From assembly GCF_036321535.1 (NCBI RefSeq), contig NC_087436.1, forward strand, positions 7,502,001-7,566,000: DNA of 64,000 nucleotides, written 5' to 3'. The stretch's first letter is position 1. Every line of letters begins with the position of its first letter. A program made the translations under genes and the position numbers. The stretch comes from Camelus dromedarius. Its lineage: Eukaryota. The notes under the pieces were generated by a model. That model saw nothing but the letters and a program-made list of their open reading frames with translations. It searched no databases and was not told where the DNA came from. Shown piece by piece: positions 1-10,660 of the stretch.

Positions 1-431
1 AACAATGTTATTTAATTTATTCCTTCAAAGAAAGTGACAAATTTGTCACAATGAGAATAAAGCTATTTTAACTGTCTACCTGTAAGTGTTCCAATTCCTT
101 AGCATGAAATTGAATGGAATTCACAGTCTGAACCCAACTTGCCTTATTGTCCACTTCCTTTATTTAAATTTCAATACCTCAGTTACCCAACAGAGTAACC
201 AGGGTCCTCAACAGTAGGGGAGGGTGGGGAGGAGGGGGTTCATGCTAGAACAATCCACCCCTGTTTCTTTATGATCGAAGTGTACATAGCATTCAAGGCT
301 GAACTCAAATATCTCATTCTAAAATCTTATCTGCTCTCGTATCATTTTGTCTTCCAGGAAAAGAGTAAAAACACCCTCTTTCCAAGCTGCTGACAATTTA
401 TCTATATCTATCATTTGGAACATAGGACTTT

Positions 432-1357
432 TGCAAACTACAGAAAGTTGGTCGCTGAAGTTGCTGACGTTGTGAATAAAAATATATTGCCTGCCGTATC
501 GGTGAAGAAAGGATGCTGCAGCCATCAACCACCAGCCACTTCTGCCGCCCCATTGGGGAGCAGGAGGGAACTCAGGATGCGGAGAAGCAGGCAGCCCAGC
601 CTCTGCTTCCACCCACAGTGGTGCCCACTGAGGAGACTCAGGATGGGAAAGCACAGGACACCGGCCCTAGACAGCCAGGTGCACATCAAAGGAATGATTT
701 CAATGAGCCCAGACCTTTGCACCATCCCACACACAGAAAAATACTAAATTCCTTAACCTGAGATATCTGGTTTTCCATAATTAACAGTAACTTTTTGATA
801 TTTTATCTGGTCTTTGTCACAAAAACTCATCCTGGCTCCTCCCTTGCTTCTTTGGAGCAGTCCTTTAAAGCGGTCTGAGAGACTGTCTCCCAGGCTTGAA
901 GTCTGCAGTAAGTCGTCAAATAAAACATAATTCTTAACTCGCAGGTCATGCACTGTTTTTTCAGTCAAAGCCTTTGAGACACCCTGAAAGGAGTTCAGGG
1001 TGGAGATGAGGAGTGAGGCAGTCTTTGCTCTGGGAAAACTGGCAGAACAAGCCTTCAGATAGTTAGATGTTTTTAGGAGAAGATTTATTAGCCCAATTTC
1101 TTGCATTTTCTTATACTTAGAAAAGCACTAAAGTCATTAACAGAGACATCTGCTCCTCCTTTCTAGCAGCAAGCTTCTACTGAGATGAGTGCATGTATCC
1201 GCTTTCCCCAGTCACATATGTACTGACCTCCCCCTACCTCTATGGAGCAGTTCCTCAGAGCTATCTGAGAGGCCATCTCCTGGGCTATTGTTCTCAGTAA
1301 GTCCCCAAATAAAACTGAACTCACAACTCTTACGTTGTGCTTTTGATTTTGTCAATA
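432..1357 (+). mobile_element. ERV1-type solo LTR (host copy), split at 470/970 by a second LTR
   Basis: Starts TG (432). Sequence 432-470 joins logically to 970-1357. AATAAA near 1308; ends ...ttttgtcaata. Flanks cttt/tttt form a 4-bp TSD with 1 mismatch. Family assignment is from recalled artiodactyl LTRs. Confidence 0.6.
471..969 (+). mobile_element. ERV1-type solo LTR inserted in the previous LTR
   Basis: Starts tgtgaataaa; AATAAA near 919; ends ttttcagtcaaa. Its 3' third (ggagcagtcct...ctgagag...agtaagtc...aaataaaac) is similar to 1244-1325. Confidence 0.65.
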
Positions 1358-1474
1358 TTTTCATCTTTTATAATAATTATTAATGTATATTCCTTACAAA
1401 TCTGTAAAGTAATATGCTCATGAAGAGCAAAATACTTTGTCTTTTTATTATTATATAGACCATAGCCTGCTGAC

Positions 1475-1900
1475 AGTCATCTATTCATCTATTCATTTAG
1501 TAACTCAATTATTTACAAACTCTTTAGTTCCGTAAATGTTTCAAGGCATTGTGGATATTAAGTTGGGGGAGAGAGATACACACACAGAGACAGAGACAGA
1601 GAGTTCTTATTCTAAAGAGGTAATACTCTAGGAAGAGACAATATGTGAGTCAAGTAATGGTTTAAGTACAATGATATTTGAGATAAACAAATGATTCCGT
1701 ATGAGAGGAACAAAGGCTATTATACCTGAGAGATGGGAAGAGAGAGAGCAGAAGAGTTAGAGATGTGGGATGGAGCCATTGCGTACTGTGCAATATTTGG
1801 ATCTTATCCTAAAGTTGATGGGCACTTGCTCCAAAGTTTTAAGTTCCAAAGTTATACTCTCTAGTTACATAAAGGATGGCTCTTTGAAGTCTGATGATGG
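1475..1900 (-). mobile_element. degenerate L2 LINE fragment
   Basis: cattcatt-type L2 3' end on the minus strand, followed by L2-like purine-rich text. Boundaries approximate. Confidence 0.4.
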
Positions 1901-2275
1901 AGGTAGTGAGCTCAGCTTAAATGTTGTTGAGGTTAAAAACAAAACAAAAACAACAAATAATAAAGCTCAATCTCAGACAGTAGGAAAGGTGCTGAAAAGG
2001 AGACAATAGGCATGGGAGCTAAGTTTTTACGAATGCCTGACAAAGTCCAGTCACTGATTTGATTTGGGAAGGGTGGTGGTGAAGGAATTAAGGATGGCTC
2101 CGGGGGTATGCAACTACATGGTGATGTTAGCGGAGAAGAAAATTGTAGCACAAGGGGTAAGTTTGGGAAGAACAAGGATGAGTTACTCCCAAGCCAAATG
2201 AGGGGTGTGTGTGTGTGTAATGGAGACTGAAAGTCACTAGAATTAAACAGGTCAAACAACTGTAGGATTATGATC

Positions 2276-2812
2276 TGTCATGGAGCAGAATTTGCCACCC
2301 CTCGAGATATCTCTTTGGCATATTAATTATTTTATGCTAGTATTTTCTAAGAACAAGCAGACTTGGGGAAAACGCTGCAATTTGAGTAGGAATTTCCCTT
2401 TTGTAAGAAACATTTACATTTATAAGGGAAATCTCCATTTGTACAGGTGGCCCTCCTGATAGACCAGGAACAGAAGGGCAGTAAAAGCCCTGGAAACGCT
2501 TGTCAGTGGAGAAAGCAATGGCCTAAATCTGTATAACAACCTTAGCCTTGTTTACTGTGCTTCTCCTGGTTACCTCCCACAACTATTCCTTCCTCCCCGT
2601 CAACATCCTCGTTTGTCTTTAGCTAACGCTGGGATTTAAGGTGAAGGCTTCATCATTTTGGTGAGTTACTCAGGTCTCCTGGGTCTCTCTCATGTGTACA
2701 TGTTACTCAACTTTGTTTGATTTCCTCCCCTTAATCTGTCTCATGTCAGTTTAGTTTTTAGACCAGCCAGAAGAACTTAGCAAGGTAGAAGGAAATTTCT
2801 TCCTCTCGGACA
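2276..2812 (+). mobile_element. MER34-like ERV1 solo LTR
   Basis: TG...CA termini; 5' end ggagcagaatttgccacccc...tctctttggcat resembles MER34-family LTRs; TSD gatc/gatg. Confidence 0.7.
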
Positions 2813-3374
2813 GATGCCAAGTGGCTCATTCACAGGAATGTTTAAGTTGACTGGCCAGGTAGGAGACGCTGGGTAAGAAGAGAGAACCATTAGCCAATGG
2901 AAAATTTCTTTGGAGAAACTGTGTAAATTGCCAAAGACAAGTCCATGAAAGCAACATGGAAGAATTCCTGAAAGGAATGACCCCCTCAAACATATGTGTC
3001 ACAAAATATACCATAGCAGCATGAGTCACTGTCATTACCATGGCTTGGTTAAGAATTGGGTCCCAAGATTTCTGTTGTAAAAAATGCAAATTCATTACCC
3101 AGGAAGGGAAATGCACCACCAACTACCATTTTGCCATCCATGATGAACCCTGATTTAAAAAAAAAAAACTGGAGGAGAGAAAGAAGGAAGCTAACATTTA
3201 TTGAGTGCTTGTTACATTGTGTCACTTAAACTTCATGGCCAACTTGAAGTTTTCTTATTTTTCAGAAACAAACAAACAAAATATTCCAAGTGCTAAAGGA
3301 CTTGCCCTATGTCATACTAAAAATGACTCAGCTCCTAAAACAATTGTCTTTAGAGAACAGAACAACATGGTAAT

Positions 3375-3640
3375 AGTAAGAATGATGACAGTGTTGAAAA
3401 AGATCATTTCCTAAGCCCTCTGTACCAAGTATGGTACGACATGCCTTATACAGCACATCGGTGTAACATTCCTAAGTGGGACGTGCTATCCTCCTTTAAA
3501 TACAAGAAAACTGAGGCCCAGAAGGAGTGAATAACAAAATTATTATCATAAAGCGAATGAAAGTGGTGAAGCAGATTCAAACCAAGATGTGACTGACTCC
3601 CTTGCCTAAGTTTTTAACCATTATCCACACTGCTTCAGGG
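3375..3640 (-). mobile_element. MIR SINE remnant
   Basis: Reverse MIR core: aaaactgaggcccagaagg...gattcaaacc...tgactcc. Confidence 0.55.
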
Positions 3641-3709
3641 CCTTGCAATTCCTAGATAAGGACCAAGAAGGTACAAGCTGATTTTTTTTTTTAACTTTAT
3701 GATTCAATG

Positions 3710-4067
3710 TGTTACTGGGAAAAGGAAAATAAGAATTACTTGGTTCTTAGTCAGCCCCCAAAAAAAGATTTTTGACGAGAGACAAAAAGCATGATATAAA
3801 CAAGAATTTTTTTAGTGAAGTTAAAAAAAAAAATAGAAAACTGGGAGCGGGCCAATCCAAGAGAGGAAAAATGGTGCCATTCCCTCATTTTTCCTTTTAT
3901 ATCCTGGTTTTGTCATCGATTAACTAATTGATTGATTAATTGATTGATTAACTGATTGATCCCTGTGCTCTGGTTAATTGACAGAACAGATTCCTTGTGT
4001 TCTGGATTGTTCCTTTTCCCTTTGTCTCCCCCTGCCCAGTGCTCATTTCTATCTAAACTGCCTAACA
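3710..4067 (-). repeat. 3' LTR of the ERV
   Basis: tgttactggg...cctaaca; aligns by eye with 7081-7462. Confidence 0.95.
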
Positions 4068-4078
4068 TTCCCTCCTCT
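4068..4078 (-). other. polypurine tract (PPT)
   Basis: Minus-strand agaggagggaa directly abuts the 3' LTR. Confidence 0.85.
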
Positions 4079-4199
4079 AGTCATAGGATCCCAAATCTTT
4101 GGGACGTAGAGGGTGATGACCACTCTAGCTGCTTCCTGCTAATCTGGGGCATTGGGGTCCCAGACTATCTGGCCATTACTGGGCAGGTGGTGAGTGAAG

Positions 4200-4310
4200 G
4201 GCCAGTGTCCATCGAGGGGCTAGTATAAAAGCTGTCTTTGCTGAATGATTGATTACCTTGTTGTATGGCAACTTGAAGTTTGACTCTAGACAAGAAGAAA
4301 CACATTTTAT
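4200..4310 (-). pseudogene. env: ERV env cytoplasmic-tail remnant
   Basis: FFLSRVKLQVAIQQGNQ resembles the SSRIxxxKLQMxLQ tail of class I Env; it lies just upstream of the PPT. Confidence 0.45.
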
Positions 4311-4919
4311 GAGAAGGTTGAAAGATAGAGGTCAAATATATAGAGATAATCCTAGCCAAGCAATGAAAGGGGCAAACAAGGGTCATACCTACTTAAATGG
4401 AAAAATTGTCTTAAAAAAAATTGATTTTTGTGTTTTCTATTGGTTTAGGATTAGGAGGACAGATGTTGGAGTGTTAGTTCAGTGAACTAAAGGAACAGTG
4501 AAAGAAGGACCCTAATGTCAGAGACATTTTAAATTAGTATTAAAACAGTTTGGTGGGAGGCCTCACAGAGAAAAGGTTAGAATCTACAGACATTTAAGAA
4601 AAAGGCTTATCTGACAGGGATCCATAGTCCCCTGGGGCAATGGGACAGTCTCACCAGAGTGTCACTTGAAAAGCAGTCACAGATTGCTAAGAGGTTCACA
4701 AGAATATGTGGCTCCTGTCAGTGAACCAGATCTCATCAGTTTTCCAGGGGTTGGTCGGTGAGATCTGTTCTGGATCTTAGAGAAATGGATAGGGTCTCAT
4801 GACACAGGTGGAAAGGAAGAGACTGGTCTGGTGATGGTAACAGTGTAGCAGGATTGAGTGTCCCACAAATGGAGACAGTGACACCTAGGTTTTCAAGGTT
4901 CTGAGAGCCAGGAACGTCC

Positions 4920-5612
4920 CTTGCCTTTTAAAAGATCAGAAACGTGGTGGTTAGCATATGCTTGTATAGGGGCCACCAGAGTTAGCTTGAAAGCTTCCTC
5001 CAGGAGAGTGGAGAGGGCCCCCAACCCCCTTAGGCAGGAAGGCCAGCCTCGAGCAGTGGCATCTAGCCACCTGGAGAGGTATCCTGTAGGCTGTTGGGTA
5101 GGACCCAGCCATTGGGTGAGGACCTACAAGGCTATTCCTCCTCTGTCATGAACATAGAACTGGAAGGGCCTTGTGGGGTGTGGAAGCCCCAAGGCCGGGG
5201 ATCTTACGAGGAGATTTTTTAATTCTTCCATTGCAACCCTTTGGGAAGGACCCCACTGGAGAAGTACTGAGTCATCCTTACCCTTTAAACTGTCATATAG
5301 AGGTTGGGCTATAGACCCACATTTAGGGGTCCAAAGCCAACAGTAACCTGTTGGTCCGAGAAATGCCCTGAGCTGTTTTCAAGTACTGGGATTAGGGAGT
5401 TGTAAGATTCCCTGAATTCCTTCAGGAGAAAGGCTACAATTTCCAGGAGTCAGAACAACTCCTAGATAAGTGACCTCTTGTTTGACCATTTTGGCCTTGG
5501 ACCTGGAAACTGTATCTCCACTCGGCCAAGAAATTAAGAGTTTGGGTAGCTTGTTGGATGGCCTGTTCTCAAGTAAGGGAGCAGATAAGTAGGTCATCTT
5601 CATAAATGAGCA
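4920..5612 (-). pseudogene. pol: ERV pol remnant (RT C-terminal part and connection domain)
   Basis: LIYEDDLLIC (YxDD motif), VTYLGVVL, QLRAFLG, PALGLP, YLSRWLDATARGWPSCLR; frameshifted. RT N-terminus, RNase H and integrase are absent. Confidence 0.9.
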
Positions 5613-5621
5613 TTCATCCCA

Positions 5622-5830
5622 TTAACAACAAAGGGGATGAGTAAAGAATCTTAAGGCTGATTTACCTGTGACTCCCATGACAGTACAGAATCTAGAAGAG
5701 AAGGGTCCAGAGAAGGAAGGTAGAGCAGAGTAGGTGGCCCTGGTATCCAAAAGAAAAGTTATTATCCTACTTGCCAGACCCATTTGTCCCCACAGCTCCA
5801 GCCCAGTGATGAAGATCTCTTGCTTTGGGG
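5622..5830 (-). pseudogene. pro: ERV protease remnant
   Basis: ITFLLDTRATYSAL (LLDTGA motif, G->R) and CTVMGVTG in ORF 5622..6086. Confidence 0.85.
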
Positions 5831-5879
5831 CTGACTGGAGGGGCAACCATCTGCAGGTCACAGGCCAGTTCTCCCCCAT

Positions 5880-6649
5880 GGGCCATTTGGCTCGAGGGAC
5901 AGAGGGCCACCCAATGACCTTGCTTGTTACACTAAAAGTAGACAGATCTTGGAAGTTTGTCTTTATGGGGACATTTCTTAGCCCAATGACCAGGTCAGCA
6001 GCAGATGTTGCACTTGTCATTGGACTTACCTCGAGCTGTTGGGGGCCGGGTACATAAGGACAGTGGCTGCCCTTGAAGGTCTGCAATCATCTGGGCAGGC
6101 CTGGCCTCCTTCCTTCTTTCCTTCTCCTGAGCCTTGGCCTCTTGCCCTTGACCTCGATTACAAAAAAACTGTGGCAGCAATGTTTAGCATTTCATCAAGA
6201 GTTACCTGAAGGCAGTGTCTTTCCTGAGTAAGAGGGAAATGAGGGGTTTATGGTAGGGAGGGCAGGGCAAGGTGTAGGTTTAGGACAGTCCCCCTCTCTA
6301 GGGGGTGTCGGGGACAGTAGGTTATTAGATGTAACTGTTACCTGAGCAGTTAACTTACATCCTTCTAGGAGATCATTGATGTCCCTCAGTAAGTAAAATA
6401 TATGAGTGTATGGTATTTTAGACCATTTACCAAGTCTCTTACAGAAGAGATCAAACTGGAACAAGATGTTTGAGTTTATGCTCCCGTTTATAGGCCATGC
6501 TTCCTGGCAGGGAAGTCGATATTGTAGCCAAGCAACATTACAAAGGAATATAAGTGTTTTCTTTTGAGGGCTTGTAGATTAAAATGGTCCCAGTTGGCCA
6601 ATATGCAGCCCAAAGGAGTCCCAGCAGGGACAGACTCTTGGTTTCCCAT
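5880..6649 (-). pseudogene. gag: ERV gag remnant (matrix, end of capsid, two CCHC knuckles; most of capsid deleted)
   Basis: ATG at 6649 gives MGNQESVPAGTPLGCILANWDHF; WPINGS...FQFDLFCKRLGKWSKIPY; knuckles CNICC*PGHWAKKC and YF*CNKQGHWVALC. Confidence 0.9.
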
Positions 6650-7055
6650 CTGAAAAACAAGGGGAGGATACAGGGGGATTTTCAGAGCTTAGCGTCCTAA
6701 GGTGAAAAGCCCATGGACTAGGCTGACGTCTGGGCCTCTGTCCACAACCAAATGCATCGTAGAGGGTAGCCACGGATCAGCAGTGCCTAGCGTCCTAGGG
6801 TTCTGATTCGGGGATGGAAGCTGATGTCTCAGCCTCCACTCCAGAACGGGGGGGAACGGCCACAGTCTTACTGTGTGCTGGGTGTCTCCGTGGTCTGATT
6901 GGAATGATCTTCAGTTTAGCCAGTGGCTGGTCACCCTACCACGCCTTGTATTCTCAGCTCAGCTGCCACAACCAGCCCCAGGAGCTTGTGCTCCACTGGC
7001 TGGCCTCAGGGAGGGAGAGGGAAATGAAGGAGGAAAGATTGGGTTTAAGTACACC

Positions 7056-7073
7056 ATCTGCGTCACGGCACCA
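7056..7073 (-). other. primer binding site complementary to tRNA-His
   Basis: Minus-strand tggtgccgtgacgcagat matches the His PBS TGGTGCCGTGACTCGGAT at 16/18, 7 nt from the 5' LTR. Confidence 0.85.
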
Positions 7074-7080
7074 AAATTAA

Positions 7081-7462
7081 TGTTACTGGGAAAAGGAAAA
7101 TAAGAATTACCTTGGTTCTTAGTGACCCCCCCAAAAAAAAAAGATTTTTGATGAGAGACCAAAAGCATGACATAAGCAAGATTTTTATTAGTGAAGTAAA
7201 AAAATATAGTGAAATATAGTACACTCCTGAGAATTGGGAGTGGGCCAATCCAAGAGAGGGAAAATGGCGCCATTCCTTTTTCCCTGTTTTTATAGCCTGG
7301 TTTCATGATTGATTGATTAATTAATTGATTAATTGACTGATTGACAACTCAGTTTCCCTGTGCTCTGGTTGATTGACAGGTCAGTTTCCTTGTGTTCTGG
7401 ATTGTTCCTTCCCTCTTCCTCTCCCCCTGCTCAGTGCTCATTTCTATCTAAACTACCTAACA
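7081..7462 (-). repeat. 5' LTR of the ERV
   Basis: TG..CA ends; minus-strand TATAAA near 7290 and AATAAA at 7184-7189. Confidence 0.95.
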
Positions 7463-7774
7463 AATGCATTGACAGCATCTTGTTATTTAATATACAGTTA
7501 AGAAATTAGGTATTTTCACAATGTCAGCTGTCATTACATTTTCATTGCCCTTCACTCAAGAAAATTCACATCGTATCCAAATAGTATATAATATGTTATA
7601 ATAGGATCTTGTGCTTCAACGGGCAGCTCATCTGAAGCTCGTTAGGAACATCTATTTTAATCAGGTGTCTATCTTTCTGCACCAAATAAAAGAACCATCT
7701 TAGCTATTTTTGACAACTCAGGGAAGATATAGCTGATTTTCCATTGCATTTAGCATTGTCTCTATGCAGTCTTG

Positions 7775-7990
7775 TTGGAGTTGACACCAAACAGAATCTT
7801 GGGGGGTGCTCCCTGGTACAAAGCTGTGTTCCCCATTTCTCTTTTGCAGGAAATAGGCTTCATTCAGCCTCCTTGACTTTCCCTGAGTTCCAAAGGGCAG
7901 ATTCAAATAGTTGCTAATCAGGGAAGGGAGGGAATGCAGAAATGAGAGAGGAATAATCAAGAGACAATAGTGCAGGGTCCTGGTTACCAA
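7775..7990 (+). mobile_element. ERV1-type LTR fragment
   Basis: ggggtgctccctgg...ttttgcaggaaataggcttcattcagcctccttgac resembles the 5' part of artiodactyl ERV1 LTRs; no TSD found. Confidence 0.45.
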
Positions 7991-9329
7991 AATCTAATTT
8001 TTAGAGAAAAACATAGTTTTGTATTTTTCTACAACTCTGGGGACTGAAAAAATACCAAATCACCTCAAGAATGTAAAATATATCTCTCCTCTTCTTTCCG
8101 CAATTAAACTAATCACACATCTGGTGATACACAACATTTTAACTATACTTGGCTCACATTTCCACACCTAAAGAAACTAGTCATTTTAAAGTGTTACACA
8201 TTTTAATGATGTGATGTGATCAGCTTAAGATGCTAAGTTAAAATGTTCTCCAGACATTAAAAGTTTCAACTGTGTACTACTCCTTTTTGAAACACAACAA
8301 AATCTAAAAATAAAACAAATTCTGGAGACAGAAGATAAAAAGAAGAAAAGGGAAAGATAAAAATCAAGAGGCAAATGCTTATGCTGACACCGAGAGGTGA
8401 TGCACAGATGTCTTTTCCAGCGCACTTTGAGCTCGCCACAAAATATCACCTGTCAGACTTCGTGTCTGCACCAGTAGGGCAGTAACCTATTAAGGTTTCC
8501 ATGGTTTGATGATGCCCTATTTGAATAGCTTCTTGGGTATTTTTTCCATTTGAGAAAAAAAGTCTCTCTTAGGTATGTTTCATAAGATGGAACAGTGCAT
8601 GTTTCCTAAGGGGGTTCTTCCTATAAGTTGTAACTGACCATGCCTCCTACTCTGCAGAATTGCTTTGTTTTTTGTGTTTTTTTTTTTTTTTTTTTTTTTT
8701 CCTGAATTCTCACAGCCGGCATTCTGCTCTTCTCTTGCATGTCACTTCTGGCAGTGACTGTCACTTTCTTTCCTGTGTCTGTTTTTAATCTCAGCCTCTA
8801 TCTCTGCTCCCTGACACATTTGCCTTTTGTTAGTATTTTTCTTCTCTTCTCTCCAGCCCTCCTGTTACCTGTTTCTTCTCATCGTAGCAACTGTCTCTTC
8901 CATCCTCCAAAGTTCTTGAGGGTAGAGGTTATCCTTAACTGTCCCCTTTGCCTGTTCACCCAATTCACAACACAGTAATTGAAATCTTCCAACCTCATCA
9001 AGGGTACCAATGCCATTTAAATGCCAAATATGGTGTATATTTTCCCATCCTATTATCCTGAATTGGTGTGTTACATTATGGATTCTCCTTCCATACTTAG
9101 ATGTTGATATTCCCTCAGATTCTCTCCTGCTATTTCTTATTTCTGGTCTTACTCCCTGCTGTTCTTTCTCCTCTAGAGGAACCACCAATTCTTAGGGTTT
9201 CAGTGTGCATGTATGGTGATCACTCCCAAGTTGGTATCTCCACACTGAGACGTCTCTCCTCAAGGTCCACGTTTAAGTGCCTATTTCTCCGTAGAATAAT
9301 GCCACTGTCACAGGTTGCATTCGCCAGCA

Positions 9330-9715
9330 GCAGATGCAGAGAGCAGAATATGATGTGTAAAATTATTATTAAGCATTCTTATCTATAAAAAGGAAGGGAC
9401 AGGAAGAAGCTTAGGACAGGGAGAGATGTTGGACCACAGAATCTCAGCCACGCCTGACAGGATGCTCCCCAGAATCACAGCCCATGGGAGGAGACCTGCA
9501 CTGGCTCAGAATGGCCAGGTTCTTAGACTTTGCTCGGTCACTGGATGTGAGCCACGTTGGGAAAAGTGTGGTTCTGGTTGTCTGGATGTCTAGTTGTCCT
9601 GATGTAACCAACGGCCACAGGCTGTGGGCTGACTGCACTCTCTGCTGCGAGGGAGCTACTGTCCCCCTGAGGGGCTGAGGAAGGATCTGGGTAGCCCATC
9701 ACCATGTTGACAGAC
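9330..9715. mobile_element. old MaLR (MLT1-like) LTR
   Basis: Recalled similarity only; GC-richer block with MLT1-like motifs. Confidence 0.35.
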
Positions 9716-10460
9716 CCTCCTGAATGTTCCCTAAATAATTCAAATTCATATTTTCCTGGTGTCGTCTGAGGTCTTCACTGCCCCTTGGTTGAAATGAATT
9801 TAAATCTCTCCAGTTAATGTATTAATTCAACTAAGATTTATCAAACACCTGACAAATGCCAGACCCCGTTTAAGACACCAGGGATTAATTTGTTCACAAA
9901 ATGGATGGAGTCTTTCCAAACGGAGCTTACATTTTAAACAAGCAGTCAAATACAAATACTTTGGGAGGTGGTAACCTCCCTTTCCTTGTTCCTGTATTTC
10001 TGTGGATGAACTGAAGCCCATGGGAATCTCCTGGCCTCTCTCTCTGCAGTGGAGATTTTCTCTTTCTTGTTGGGAGCAGAACCCTGTGCAGCAGCTTTCA
10101 GGGGCAGGTCAGTGACACAACAGATCCCACCAAACTGGCCCGTGGGGTGCTAGGGGTGCAGAGGTCCCCAGTATTGGCTTTATCAGCACTGAAGCTCACA
10201 TTTTGAAATTTATCTTCTTTTTCTCTGTGTTTTAGCTTTCAACTTGATCTAAACATGGGTGGATAAGGATTGGGTATTATATTTCGAACTCCTTAAAATT
10301 CCACCACATAAATATGTCAAATGGAAAAAAATGCCAGGAAGGATGATAAAAGCAGGACAAAAGATAGAGGTTGATGGGACAAGGTGGTGGCTATTTTGTA
10401 TAGGGTTAGAAGGAGATAGCTCTCTGAAAAGATGATATTTTGAGCAAAAGCCTTCTTTTG

Positions 10461-10621
10461 TTTTTAATTGGAGGTACTGGGAATTGAACACAGGACCCTG
10501 TGCATGTTAAGCATGTACTCTACAAATAAGGCCCTAGGTTCAATCCCCAGTACCCCCATTAAAATATATAAACCTAATTACCCCCTCAAAGATATATTAA
10601 AAAAGAATTAAAAAAAAAAAA
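10461..10621. mobile_element. two partial Vic-1-like SINEs fused head-to-head
   Basis: 10461-10524 is a reverse SINE body. 10529-10621 is a forward SINE 3' half (ggttcaatccccagtacc...aaacctaattaccccc) with an A tail. Confidence 0.8.
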
Positions 10622-10660
10622 CTAACACAACATTATAGATCAACTATACTTCAATAAAAG
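10622..10660 (+). mobile_element. L1 extreme 3' end
   Basis: acacaacatt...caactatacttcaataaaa matches the other L1 tails in the window. Confidence 0.7.

Larger units (their letters stand above)
3710..7462 (-). mobile_element. internally deleted class I (gamma-like, HERV-H/F-like) endogenous retrovirus with two LTRs
   Basis: Direct repeats at 3710-4067 and 7081-7462 with TG..CA ends; perfect TSD aatg (3706-3709, 7463-7466); PBS, PPT and gag/pro/pol/env remnants on the minus strand. Confidence 0.95.

Noticed and set aside
319..761. Overlapping 69-111 aa ORFs that look like a host exon
   Set aside because: They lie largely within the LTR starting at 471, and I recognise no protein similarity.
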